In this document: positions 18,257 through 25,748 of the stretch, piece after piece
Layout of the letters: every line of letters starts with the position of its first letter
Numbering within the stretch: the first letter of the stretch is position 1
Translations under genes and position numbers: made by a program
From: a virus
Taxonomy: Duplodnaviria; Caudoviricetes
Direction: 5' to 3' (one strand)
DNA: 64,000 bases
Virus record (IMG/VR): IMGVR_UViG_3300027804_001810
Span: 10,771-74,770 of that record
The notes under the pieces: generated by a model
Seen by the model: the letters and a program-made list of their open reading frames with translations, nothing else
Told to the model about the DNA's origin: nothing
Database searches by the model: none

Positions 18257-18402
18257 TTTTCATCACCAAGAAACTTTGCCAGAGGGTCCTTTCTGGTCTT
18301 TACAATTTCAACTGATCTTTTGTAGAACATATTGTCTGTATTGCCAGACTGTTCGAAGGTCTCCTTGATCTTCACCCAGTTCTCATAGGTGTGTTGATCC
18401 AT
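18253..18402 (-). CDS. Small cyanophage hypothetical protein (49 aa), not in ORF track
   Basis: MDQHTYENWVKIKETFEQSGNTDNMFYKRSVEIVKTRKDPLAKFLGDEK; stop overlaps the next ATG. Confidence 0.7.
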   Translation of the reverse strand: MDQHTYENWVKIKETFEQSGNTDNMFYKRSVEIVKTRKDPLAKFLGDEK

Positions 18403-18514
18403 AGGGCTTAGGTTGAATACTACTAGTTATGCTAGTCAGTAGTTTCAACATGTCAAGTTTGTGTTGATACAAAAATATATATTAAGAAAATCTAAAATCT
18501 TGTAATAATTGTAA

Positions 18515-18601
18515 CGGAAGCGACTGGATTCGAACCAGTGGAGGTCTTACCCTCATTTGTTTTCAAGACAAACGCAATAAACCGGACTCTGCCACGCTTC
18601 C
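18515..18601 (-). tRNA. trnS: tRNA-Ser(UGA)
   Basis: GGAAGCG acceptor, anticodon loop CTTGAAA, long variable arm. Confidence 0.95.
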
Positions 18602-18612
18602 AATAAAAGTCC

Positions 18613-18870
18613 TCAACGGACTTCAAAATCTAAACGTCTAACTTTACGTTGACGCCTTGCTTCCTGAAAGGCAAGGTCTTCACTAGTTAGAACACCAGAT
18701 TTTGATTTATGACTATAAGAGTTTAGCATAACAACAGAAGATAAGTCAACTGCTGAAATCTTATCTCCACGAATGGTTGCCATATTTGGACAACCACAAG
18801 TCACAGTTTTCGTAGGATGCCCTTCTAACTCCTTTCCACAGGAGCGGCATCTGATTCTTAAATTTTCCAT
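18613..18870 (-). CDS. Zn-ribbon-like cyanophage protein
   Basis: CRSC...CGC Cys pairs. Confidence 0.7.
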   Translation of the reverse strand: MENLRIRCRSCGKELEGHPTKTVTCGCPNMATIRGDKISAVDLSSVVMLNSYSHKSKSGVLTSEDLAFQEARRQRKVRRLDFEVR

Positions 18871-18886
18871 CTCTATAATAAGTTAA

Positions 18887-19324
18887 TTATTTTTCAGTAA
18901 ATGAACGAAGCATCCAAACGAACTTACCGTGTGCTTCATTTAAATCATCAAGAAGGTTAACTGTTCCTCTTGACTTCTGTTCGTCTGCTTCAACAGCAGC
19001 ATCAGAAAGCATTGTAATTATTTTTTGATGTCCATCAATCAAGTCACGAATCATTTCCATTTCGGAAATATTAGACTTTGCTTCACCAATGCCAGAAACT
19101 TCTACTACTCGGGATAAAGAACTAACTGGTTTAATTTCCAGGAATCTCATATGCTCAGCAATACGATCAACTTCTTCTTGAAGGGCAAGATACTGCTCAC
19201 CAAATAAATCGTGAATCTGCTTAAAGTCAGGTCCAACAATATGCCAGTGATAAACCCAAGTCTTTTGAAAGAGAACAAAAAGACTTGCCTGAGTATCAGA
19301 AAGTAATTTATATAACTTTTCCAT
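18887..19324 (-). CDS. dps: Dps / DNA-binding ferritin-like protein
   Basis: HWHIVGPDFKQIHDLFGEQY and DRIAEHMR ferroxidase motifs; C-terminal KFVWML. Confidence 0.92.
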   Translation of the reverse strand: MEKLYKLLSDTQASLFVLFQKTWVYHWHIVGPDFKQIHDLFGEQYLALQEEVDRIAEHMRFLEIKPVSSLSRVVEVSGIGEAKSNISEMEMIRDLIDGHQKIITMLSDAAVEADEQKSRGTVNLLDDLNEAHGKFVWMLRSFTEK

Positions 19325-19341
19325 TATACCAGTTTTTTAGG

Positions 19342-19349
19342 TATTTATA
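19342..19349 (-). promoter_or_regulatory. T4 gp55-type late promoter upstream of dps
   Basis: TATAAATA, 17 nt upstream of the ATG. Confidence 0.75.
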
Positions 19350-19350
19350 A

Positions 19351-19422
19351 TGGGCGATGACGGATTCGAACCGCCGACCAATTGCGTGTAAAGCAACTGC
19401 GCTACCGCTGCGCTAATCGCCC
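19351..19422 (-). tRNA. trnV: tRNA-Val(UAC)
   Basis: GGGCGAT acceptor, anticodon loop TTTACAC. Confidence 0.95.
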
Positions 19423-19429
19423 AATTAAA

Positions 19430-19594
19430 TCAATGCTTATCCATAAGATATTCCACAGTATTTGCTACATCATTCATAGCATCCCGTAGATGAGTTTGTT
19501 GTCCAGATTCTTGCTTTACGATTGGACGATGATCATCAGTCAAGGTCCAACGCCAGAGATTCATATCCTTACAGAACCAAAGATTAATTTTCAT
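19430..19594 (-). CDS. Small conserved cyanophage protein (54 aa), not in ORF track
   Basis: MKINLWFCKDMNLWRWTLTDD...AMNDVANTVEYLMDKH. Confidence 0.7.
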   Translation of the reverse strand: MKINLWFCKDMNLWRWTLTDDHRPIVKQESGQQTHLRDAMNDVANTVEYLMDKH

Positions 19595-19742
19595 TCTTGA
19601 AATACTCCAGTTCTATCCATTTAAGAAGGGTATTATAAGAATAGATTGCTGCTTCATTGCAGTTATTCTTTTGCATGTCTTGGATATAAAATTCAAGTGC
19701 CTCAATGACCATTTGGCGGTCCATCTGGGAAATAAGAGACAT
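19584..19742 (-). CDS. Small conserved cyanophage protein
   Basis: Start MSLISQMDRQ at 19742 with a GGAGG RBS. Confidence 0.7.
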   Translation of the reverse strand: MSLISQMDRQMVIEALEFYIQDMQKNNCNEAAIYSYNTLLKWIELEYFKNEN

Positions 19743-19763
19743 AAACCTCCTAACTCGTTTCTT

Positions 19764-19797
19764 ATAATACATTAAAAAGGGGGTTTTGTCAACCCCC
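19764..19797 (-). promoter_or_regulatory. Terminator hairpin with embedded sigma70 promoter
   Basis: AGGGGG-TTGACAAAA-CCCCCT-TTTT; TTGACA(19792-19787)-N17-TATTAT(19769-19764). Confidence 0.7.
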
Positions 19798-19804
19798 TTA
19801 TGTA

Positions 19805-20782
19805 TCACTTCTCACCCATACCGATTTGTTGGACTTTCAAACGGGCACGATTCAGGACCGAGCCAGCAAGGGGAACATAACCCAGATCATCAGCAATTGA
19901 CTGTGCCTTGGAACTCAAAGCATAGTTGATAGCGTCACGAACTGCCTGTGCCTTACCAGGAGCATAACCACTCTTATAGGCAAGAATCCAGGTCAGAGTG
20001 GAGATAGGATAGGCACGGGCACCTGCTGGGTTGGGATCTTCACCAGCAAGCGTCACAGGGTCCAGTTTGATGCCATTCAGGGCAGCAGCACCAGTCACAG
20101 CAGAAGGACCGACAAACTTACCTGCCTTGTTCTGGAGCACAGCAGCTTGGAGTTTGTTAGCACGGACGAATCCAGTATTCAGATAACCGATACCACCAGG
20201 AGTGTTGGAAAGAGTTCCAGCAACACCCTCATTACCTTTAGCACCAATACCAGTAGGCCAGTTGATTGACTTACCTACGCCAGCAGTCCAACCACCAAAA
20301 GCATCCAGAGAATTAGTGAATGCATAAGTGGTTCCAGAACCGTCCGAACGATGAACAACCCTGATAGAACCAGCAGCACAACCAACTTGCTTCCAGTCCT
20401 TAATACGACCAGCAAAGATATCGACAGTTTGCTTCTGAGTCAGTTTCAGTTTGCATCCAGGTTTGTTATAAGCAACAGCAATCGTTCCACCCACCATAGG
20501 AATCTGAACGACACCACGCTTGACCTTTGCTGCTTCTTTTGCCTTGATAGGTTCATCAGAAGCACCGAAGTCTACGGTTCCAGCAACGAACTGACGAATG
20601 CCAGCACCAGAACCAACGGACTGATAGTTTACTTTTTCACCAGTAGCACCAGCATAATCTTGGAACCAACGTTGGTAGATAGGTGCGGGGAAGGTAGCAC
20701 CAGCGCCATTAATAGCAGGTCCAGCAAATGCAGCGGCAGGAGCAAGAGCGAGACCAAGTGTAGCAATGTGTTTGAGTTTCAT
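19805..20782 (-). CDS. pstS: Phosphate ABC transporter substrate-binding protein PstS
   Basis: GAGATFPAPIY, YQSVGSGAG, DFGASD, RSDGSGTT, GAKGNEGV and AYPISTLTW; signal peptide. Confidence 0.97.
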   Translation of the reverse strand: MKLKHIATLGLALAPAAAFAGPAINGAGATFPAPIYQRWFQDYAGATGEKVNYQSVGSGAGIRQFVAGTVDFGASDEPIKAKEAAKVKRGVVQIPMVGGTIAVAYNKPGCKLKLTQKQTVDIFAGRIKDWKQVGCAAGSIRVVHRSDGSGTTYAFTNSLDAFGGWTAGVGKSINWPTGIGAKGNEGVAGTLSNTPGGIGYLNTGFVRANKLQAAVLQNKAGKFVGPSAVTGAAALNGIKLDPVTLAGEDPNPAGARAYPISTLTWILAYKSGYAPGKAQAVRDAINYALSSKAQSIADDLGYVPLAGSVLNRARLKVQQIGMGEK

Positions 20783-20804
20783 GAGAATTAAAAACTTCTT
20801 TGTA

Positions 20805-20837
20805 ATTGTACTTGATTAAGTTTAAGAAAAAGTTAAA
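20805..20837 (-). promoter_or_regulatory. Pho box (PhoB/SphR) promoter of pstS
   Basis: TTTAACTT-ttt-CTTAAACT (11-bp period, 20837-20819) in place of the -35, then -10 TACAAT (20810-20805); matches cyanobacterial PyTTAAPyPy(T/A) repeats. Confidence 0.75.
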
Positions 20838-20851
20838 TGTTATCAAACACC

Positions 20852-20877
20852 AAAAAAACCTCCCCGAAAGGAGGTTT
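20852..20877 (-). terminator. Rho-independent terminator with UUCG loop between porin and pstS
   Basis: AAACCTCCT-TTCG-GGGAGGTTT-TTTT. Confidence 0.85.
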
Positions 20878-20896
20878 AGAGGTATCGTAGATATTA

Positions 20897-22399
20897 TCAG
20901 AAACGGAAGGTCGTCTGAATCACACCACCATAGTTGTCGGAAGCTTGCTTCAGACCTTGGTTGTTGGACACATAGAAGACCGCAGGAGTCACACTGATAG
21001 CATCACTAACTTTATAACGATAGAATGCTTCCCACATAATTGCCTTCTGATCAGCAGCAAGAGAAGCAGCATTACCAGGAGCACCGATGGCAAAACCAGC
21101 AGCATTACCCTTGGCAAACACATCGCTCCATTGAAGACCTGCCATCCAAGTTTGTGAATCGGTGGCACCAGTAGGAGTCGTGCGGTTGTTAGACAGACTT
21201 ACGGTGTTCCAACCATAAGCACCACTCACAGAAGGAATGATACCCGACTTCTTGGGTTGCCAGTAAGCATTCAGAGCATAACCATTGGAGGTTTGGTTAG
21301 CGCCAAGAGCACCAGATCCACCACCGATAGCATTGAAGTTACGAACACGAGTACCTTCAGTACCATAGCGATAACCGAATGCGATACCGTACTGAGGAGC
21401 ACGATAACCAACTTGAGCAAGAGTGTTCAGAGAACCATCTTCATCAAACTGACCTTTGGTAGAATCGTTTCCGTTCTGGGCAACATAGTTCACACCAGCA
21501 ACGAAACCGCCTTTACCCTTCTTACCAGGTTGTACCCACTGAGCACCGAAACCAGAACCAGTTGCCTTGTTGTAAACACCAGGAGCACCAGCAACTGAGA
21601 AGAAGTCCAGAATATCAGACTTGTATGCAGTAGGAACCCATGCCATTTCCGTGTTACGAACCAGAGCACCAGCAGTCAGGGTTACACCCTTAGCAAGTCC
21701 AGGAAAGCTGTAGTACAGACGATCAAGAGTAACTTGGTTTGCATAGGTTTCTGCCTTGTCCAGTTTGAACAGAGAAGATGAAGAACCGAAAGGTTGTGAA
21801 GAGAAGTTGCCAGAACGCAGACGGGTCTTGAGTAGATCCTTACCAGTGAAGGAAGTATCAAAACTCAGGCGGAGGTCATAGTTAAAAGCAGTGTTGCCGA
21901 CGTTGCTGCTGTTAGCAAGACGAGCACCATCTACACCACCCAGAACAAAGGTTGCTTCACCTTTCAGTTTGGTGGTAGTGGAGAACTGCTGTGCCTGAAG
22001 GGCAGCAGACTGCTTCTCCAGTTTAGCAACGCGACCACGAAGAACTTGAAGTTCATTGGCGAACTCATTCGCAAGACGATTGAGTTCATCAGTAACTTCA
22101 GTCACACGATCAAGACAAGCATTCAGAAGTGCTGCTGCTTCAAAACGGGTCATTGCCTTACCACCAAGGTAAGTTCCGTTTTCATAACCAGCAACACAAC
22201 CATAACGTTCTACGAGGTTGCTGAGTGCCTGATATGCCCAATCCGTAGGACGGACATCAGACAGTTGTGTGACGCTAGAAACCTGTTCTGTGGAAGTGTA
22301 TTGGTTGACTGCTGCCATATTAAGATCTGCGGCATTCGCAGCAACAGGAGCAACCATTCCCAAAGCAACAGGTGCAAGCATCAGTTGTTTGATTTTCAT
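20897..22399 (-). CDS. som: Som-type cyanobacterial outer-membrane porin (SLH + OprB-like barrel)
   Basis: Signal peptide; SLH (SDVRPTDWAYQALSNLVERYGCVAGY...MTRFEAAALL); coiled coil; FSTTTKLKGE; terminal TTFRF. Confidence 0.93.
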   Translation of the reverse strand: MKIKQLMLAPVALGMVAPVAANAADLNMAAVNQYTSTEQVSSVTQLSDVRPTDWAYQALSNLVERYGCVAGYENGTYLGGKAMTRFEAAALLNACLDRVTEVTDELNRLANEFANELQVLRGRVAKLEKQSAALQAQQFSTTTKLKGEATFVLGGVDGARLANSSNVGNTAFNYDLRLSFDTSFTGKDLLKTRLRSGNFSSQPFGSSSSLFKLDKAETYANQVTLDRLYYSFPGLAKGVTLTAGALVRNTEMAWVPTAYKSDILDFFSVAGAPGVYNKATGSGFGAQWVQPGKKGKGGFVAGVNYVAQNGNDSTKGQFDEDGSLNTLAQVGYRAPQYGIAFGYRYGTEGTRVRNFNAIGGGSGALGANQTSNGYALNAYWQPKKSGIIPSVSGAYGWNTVSLSNNRTTPTGATDSQTWMAGLQWSDVFAKGNAAGFAIGAPGNAASLAADQKAIMWEAFYRYKVSDAISVTPAVFYVSNNQGLKQASDNYGGVIQTTFRF

Positions 22400-22556
22400 A
22401 AAAAGTTTGTTTTAGTACTAAACGGCATTATACACCAGGGCATACAAACCCTATGTGTTATGGGTCACATAATTGACGCGAGTAGTTGGGGCGTCTCTTA
22501 TGCGGTTTTATTTAGAGAGACTTAACCAATTCTTAAAAGATGATTAAGTTAACGGT

Positions 22557-22612
22557 ATCATAGCATAACCGTATCAGATGTGTCAATTAAGATACGGTTA
22601 AGGTTTTTTAAG
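22557..22612 (-). promoter_or_regulatory. Porin promoter with Pho-box-like repeats and a 10-bp inverted repeat
   Basis: TTGACA(22586-22581)-N18-TGcTATGAT; CTTAA repeats at 22612, 22602 and 22591; TAACCGTATC-N15-GATACGGTTA at 22566-22600. Confidence 0.55.
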
Positions 22613-22684
22613 AGCGGAGTATCGGAATCGAACCGACGACATCTAACTTGGAAGGATAGCGTTCTACCGCTGAACTAACTCCGC
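22613..22684 (-). tRNA. trnG: tRNA-Gly(UCC)
   Basis: GCGGAGT acceptor, anticodon loop CTTCCAA. Confidence 0.95.
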
Positions 22685-22760
22685 AATGGTGGGGATTTAC
22701 CCAGCCTCAGGTTTCCCTTCACAGGCACGGAACCCCACGCACATTCCTTCACACGGACGA
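22685..22760 (-). ncRNA. Candidate kink-turn-containing small RNA / structured leader of the tRNA-Gly precursor
   Basis: Outer stem GTGGGG/CCCCAC; inner GCC-TGT-GA-AGG-GAAA-CCT-GA-GGC is a standard k-turn capped by a GNRA loop. Confidence 0.6.
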
Positions 22761-22764
22761 AAGA

Positions 22765-22793
22765 AGTATATGACATAACGAGTATTATGTCAA
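22765..22793 (-). promoter_or_regulatory. Sigma70 promoter with perfect palindrome
   Basis: TTGACA-N17-TATACT; TGACATAA-N6-TTATGTCA at 22771-22792. Confidence 0.75.
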
Positions 22794-22794
22794 G

Positions 22795-22867
22795 AGCCCC
22801 CGACAAGACTTGAACTTGCGACATCGGCTTTACAAAAGCCGCGCTCTACCAGCTGAGCTACAAGGGC
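22795..22867 (-). tRNA. trnT: tRNA-Thr(UGU)
   Basis: GCCCTTG acceptor, anticodon loop TTTGTAA. Confidence 0.95.
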
Positions 22868-23157
22868 AAAACAGAAGGTTTATGATAAGAAGTAAGACCA
22901 GCGTGTAATTCTCTATGGCAATTAGCACAAAGCATATAACACTTGTCTGCTTCTTTTTTCTGTTTTTCTAAAGATTTTGTAGAACCAGAAATTTGAAACT
23001 CTTTTGTGTTTTCATTAATGTGATGAAACTCTAATGCTTCAATACATTTATCATAACCACAAAATTCACACTTCCCGCCTTTATATTCAACAAGAAGTTC
23101 TTTTGTTTTTTTTCTCCAATTACCTACATTTTTCTTTAGTTTTTCTTGGTCTCTCAT
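22858..23157 (-). mobile_element. Free-standing HNH endonuclease inside the tRNA cluster
   Basis: CEFCG...LEFHH...KC..LCANCHRELH; the stop codon overlaps the tRNA-Thr 5-prime end. Confidence 0.85.
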
Positions 23158-23160
23158 AGT

Positions 23161-23190
23161 GATTAACTTAATATGTTAATCTTATTTATA
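23161..23190 (-). promoter_or_regulatory. Late promoter plus translation-blocking hairpin of the HNH gene
   Basis: TATAAATA-A-GATTAAC-ATATTAA-GTTAATC-ACT-ATG. Confidence 0.7.
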
Positions 23191-23197
23191 AGACCAA

Positions 23198-23270
23198 CTC
23201 CCCGAGTAGGGCACGATCCTACAACCTCAGTGTTAACAGCACTTTGCTCTACCAATTGAGCTATCGGGGA
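23198..23270 (-). tRNA. trnN: tRNA-Asn(GUU)
   Basis: TCCCCGA acceptor, anticodon loop CTGTTAA; atypical T-loop ATCGTGC. Confidence 0.88.
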
Positions 23271-23295
23271 ATATAAGGAAACATAAAGTTTCCAA

Positions 23296-23369
23296 CAGGC
23301 ACGGAGGGACTTGAACCCCCGACAAACCGATTAGAAGTCGGATACTCTATCCATCTGAGTTACGTGCCC
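23296..23369 (-). tRNA. trnR: tRNA-Arg(UCU)
   Basis: GGGCACG acceptor, anticodon loop CTTCTAA. Confidence 0.95.
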
Positions 23370-23389
23370 CTGAAGACTTTCTTATTATA

Positions 23390-23794
23390 CTACTGCTTGG
23401 GGCAGTCGTCAACCCATACAGCACAGATTCTCATTTCTCCACCAAGCAGTTTTTGTGCCTCACTGCCGTCTGATGGTTTCTCAACATATCTTGGTTTATA
23501 ACGCTTATTTGATTCTTCAATGATACGGTCATACTCTGGAGTTACTTCATCAATTGCCCGATCAACATCACGCTTGACTCTGCGTTCTACTGCGTGAGGA
23601 TCTTGTAAAATAAGTTCATTAAGAATACCTTGTGGAAAATACTTTCTTTGAATCTCATCCAGTAAGTCCCAAAGTCCATTTTCAGATACTCCAGTACATT
23701 GTGAGAGTGCTGCGATAATAGTTGATAGTACAATACTGACTATTATAAGTTGCTTTTTATCTGGTTTTTTCTTACCAAAATTAAAGTTGATCAT
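23390..23794 (-). CDS. Membrane-anchored cyanophage hypothetical protein
   Basis: N-terminal TM ending ALSQC; C-terminal ICAVWVDDC. Confidence 0.7.
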   Translation of the reverse strand: MINFNFGKKKPDKKQLIIVSIVLSTIIAALSQCTGVSENGLWDLLDEIQRKYFPQGILNELILQDPHAVERRVKRDVDRAIDEVTPEYDRIIEESNKRYKPRYVEKPSDGSEAQKLLGGEMRICAVWVDDCPKQ

Positions 23795-23819
23795 AAGAGC
23801 ACAGCACTCTTACTATGTA

Positions 23820-24029
23820 TCACTCCTCAACAGATTCTTCAGTAAATTCTGGTTTTGATTCTTCTGCCACTTCTGGTTCAGGAAGTGTTACTCCAATTTG
23901 AGTTAAGTATTCAATTGCACCCTGAACTTTCAAAAGAAGCTCTCTACTTTGAAGCAGTTGCTGTTCAATTGAAGATTTTTGTTGTAAAAGATTTTGGAGA
24001 TGTTGTTGTTGTTCGGTCATAAGTTTCAA
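23820..24029 (-). CDS. Small coiled-coil hypothetical protein
   Basis: Q/L heptads with an acidic tail. Confidence 0.6.
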   Translation of the reverse strand: MKLMTEQQQHLQNLLQQKSSIEQQLLQSRELLLKVQGAIEYLTQIGVTLPEPEVAEESKPEFTEESVEE

Positions 24030-24085
24030 TTAATCTCTTTTATTTAGAAGGGAGAGATATTCACTCTCCCCATTATTCTATTGTA

Positions 24086-24718
24086 TCAAACTTCTACCGT
24101 GATCAGACGAGAAGCATAATCATGAGCATACGAAGTGCGAGCACCATGATGCCCCCATCCAATCCAACTATACGCATAGTCCATGTAGCGGTTAATTGAT
24201 TTACCAGGAGTCTTCATACGCTCCTCAATCTCTTTCCACTGGACTTCATTCGTCAGATAACGAAGTTGCGTGTGAAGATTTGATGGAGAACCACCAAACT
24301 TCTTAGCAAAATCACCCAATCCATAATAACGATTGGCAGATGTCCATTGAATCAGTCCATAACCACGCCAGCAGTTATGATAACTGGTTCTGCTACCACC
24401 TTCGCAAATATTAGGAACAAAAGTTGATTCTTGTCTAATATTGCCCATGATAGTAGCAAGGGCGTTTCTGTCTTTAATTCCAATGTCCTGAAAATAATTC
24501 AGGGCAACATTTTCATTTTCATTACACCCTTTACAAATAAGCCTTTTTTCTTTTGGCTTTTCGGGAGCAACCTCTTTGGTCGCTGTCGGTGTTTCAAACT
24601 CCTTAATAACAGAAAACGGCGCTGGTGGCGTCGTCAAAGGAGGAAATATCGGCAGTGTTGCCACGTTGGTCGTAACCGATGCCAGAAGAGGCAGGGCTAC
24701 TGTAAAGAAATTTTGCAC
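24086..24718 (-). CDS. Lysozyme-like cell-wall hydrolase (phage tail lysozyme-type domain) with N-terminal signal/anchor
   Basis: LATIMGNIRQES (catalytic Glu) and GYGLIQWT; GTG start. Confidence 0.75.
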   Translation of the reverse strand: MQNFFTVALPLLASVTTNVATLPIFPPLTTPPAPFSVIKEFETPTATKEVAPEKPKEKRLICKGCNENENVALNYFQDIGIKDRNALATIMGNIRQESTFVPNICEGGSRTSYHNCWRGYGLIQWTSANRYYGLGDFAKKFGGSPSNLHTQLRYLTNEVQWKEIEERMKTPGKSINRYMDYAYSWIGWGHHGARTSYAHDYASRLITVEV

Positions 24719-24841
24719 TAAACTTAATTGAACTCTACATCCGTATAGGGAAAGCGCACTTCCCTCTTCTCAGAGGGCAGACCCCACGGCTCTAATATCA
24801 CATCAAATTCTCATGATGTAATCCCTGTTATGGGATTTTTC

Positions 24842-24870
24842 ATAATAAGTTAATATTTAGGATTTGTCAA
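24842..24870 (-). promoter_or_regulatory. Sigma70 promoter
   Basis: TTGACA(24870-24865)-N17-TATTAT(24847-24842). Confidence 0.75.
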
Positions 24871-24927
24871 GTGTGCCAATTGAAAAACTGTCTCGCTAAA
24901 TACAAATAGTTCATCATCACTAGAACA

Positions 24928-25389
24928 ATGAAAAGATTAGCACTTATCTTTTCGTTATTCCTTACCACTCCTGCTTTTGCTGGCGAAATCACATCAAAAA
25001 TCACTGACTCAATTCAATTAAGCGTTCAGGGTGCAGCGGTTCAAACAGAAAGAGTAGGAGGATCCTACGCTGTCTCTGGCACAAACATTAATGTAACAAC
25101 TCTTGGAGGAGTTGGTGGAGCGGGTTCTTATGCGGTCAACACAAACGGGCAAGCATTTACTTTCTCTGAAACATCAATCACTGCAGATACTGTGGTCACC
25201 AATCAGTCGGCAGCTTCTGGAACAATTGCTTCTCCCAACCTTTATGGCAACTCTACTACTCAGTTAGGTGGAGATAAAGGTTCTCTTGCTGGTACTTTAA
25301 GTGGAACTGGCGTCCCTACAGTCACTGCTGGCGGATCTGGAACGAGTGCAACAGCACAAAGAACCATCGAATTAAGCGTATTCAAGTGA
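24928..25389 (+). CDS. Secreted Gly/Ser/Thr-rich beta-type protein
   Basis: Signal peptide ending PAFA; Thr/Gly/Ser-rich. Confidence 0.8.
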   Translation: MKRLALIFSLFLTTPAFAGEITSKITDSIQLSVQGAAVQTERVGGSYAVSGTNINVTTLGGVGGAGSYAVNTNGQAFTFSETSITADTVVTNQSAASGTIASPNLYGNSTTQLGGDKGSLAGTLSGTGVPTVTAGGSGTSATAQRTIELSVFK

Positions 25390-25748
25390 GACACATAACT
25401 CCCGTTTTGCTGGTAGCAGCGGGATTTATATCTCCCTGCTATGCTGGACCAGTCACTCCTAACTTTACGAGTGGCACAATTACTTCTGAGACTAAAACTC
25501 GCACTGAAGTGATTGAAGTTATCAAACAAATAGAATATACCACTGGGACATCTTATACAGTCACTGGTACTAACATCAACATCCCTGGAACACCTGCTCC
25601 AGGAGCGAACTATACGATCATCAATCAAGGTGCTCCGTTCCAGTTTAGTGAGACTTATCTGACTCCTGGAATTGCGAAAGAAACATGGATAGATCGCAAA
25701 ACGGTAGAAGAATCTACCACAAATTCTATATCTGTCTTTACACAATAA
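25386..25748 (+). CDS. Secreted protein, paralog of the upstream gene
   Basis: Signal peptide; shares SYxVxGTNIN...GxxFxFSET with 24928..25389. Confidence 0.8.
   Translation: MRHITPVLLVAAGFISPCYAGPVTPNFTSGTITSETKTRTEVIEVIKQIEYTTGTSYTVTGTNINIPGTPAPGANYTIINQGAPFQFSETYLTPGIAKETWIDRKTVEESTTNSISVFTQ

Noticed and set aside
20351-22525. Several 70-159 aa plus-strand ORFs over pstS and the porin
   Set aside because: Antisense shadows of strongly codon-biased genes.
22685-22760. The k-turn element as a tenth tRNA because it ends in ACCA
   Set aside because: No D-arm, anticodon arm or T-loop; not a cloverleaf.
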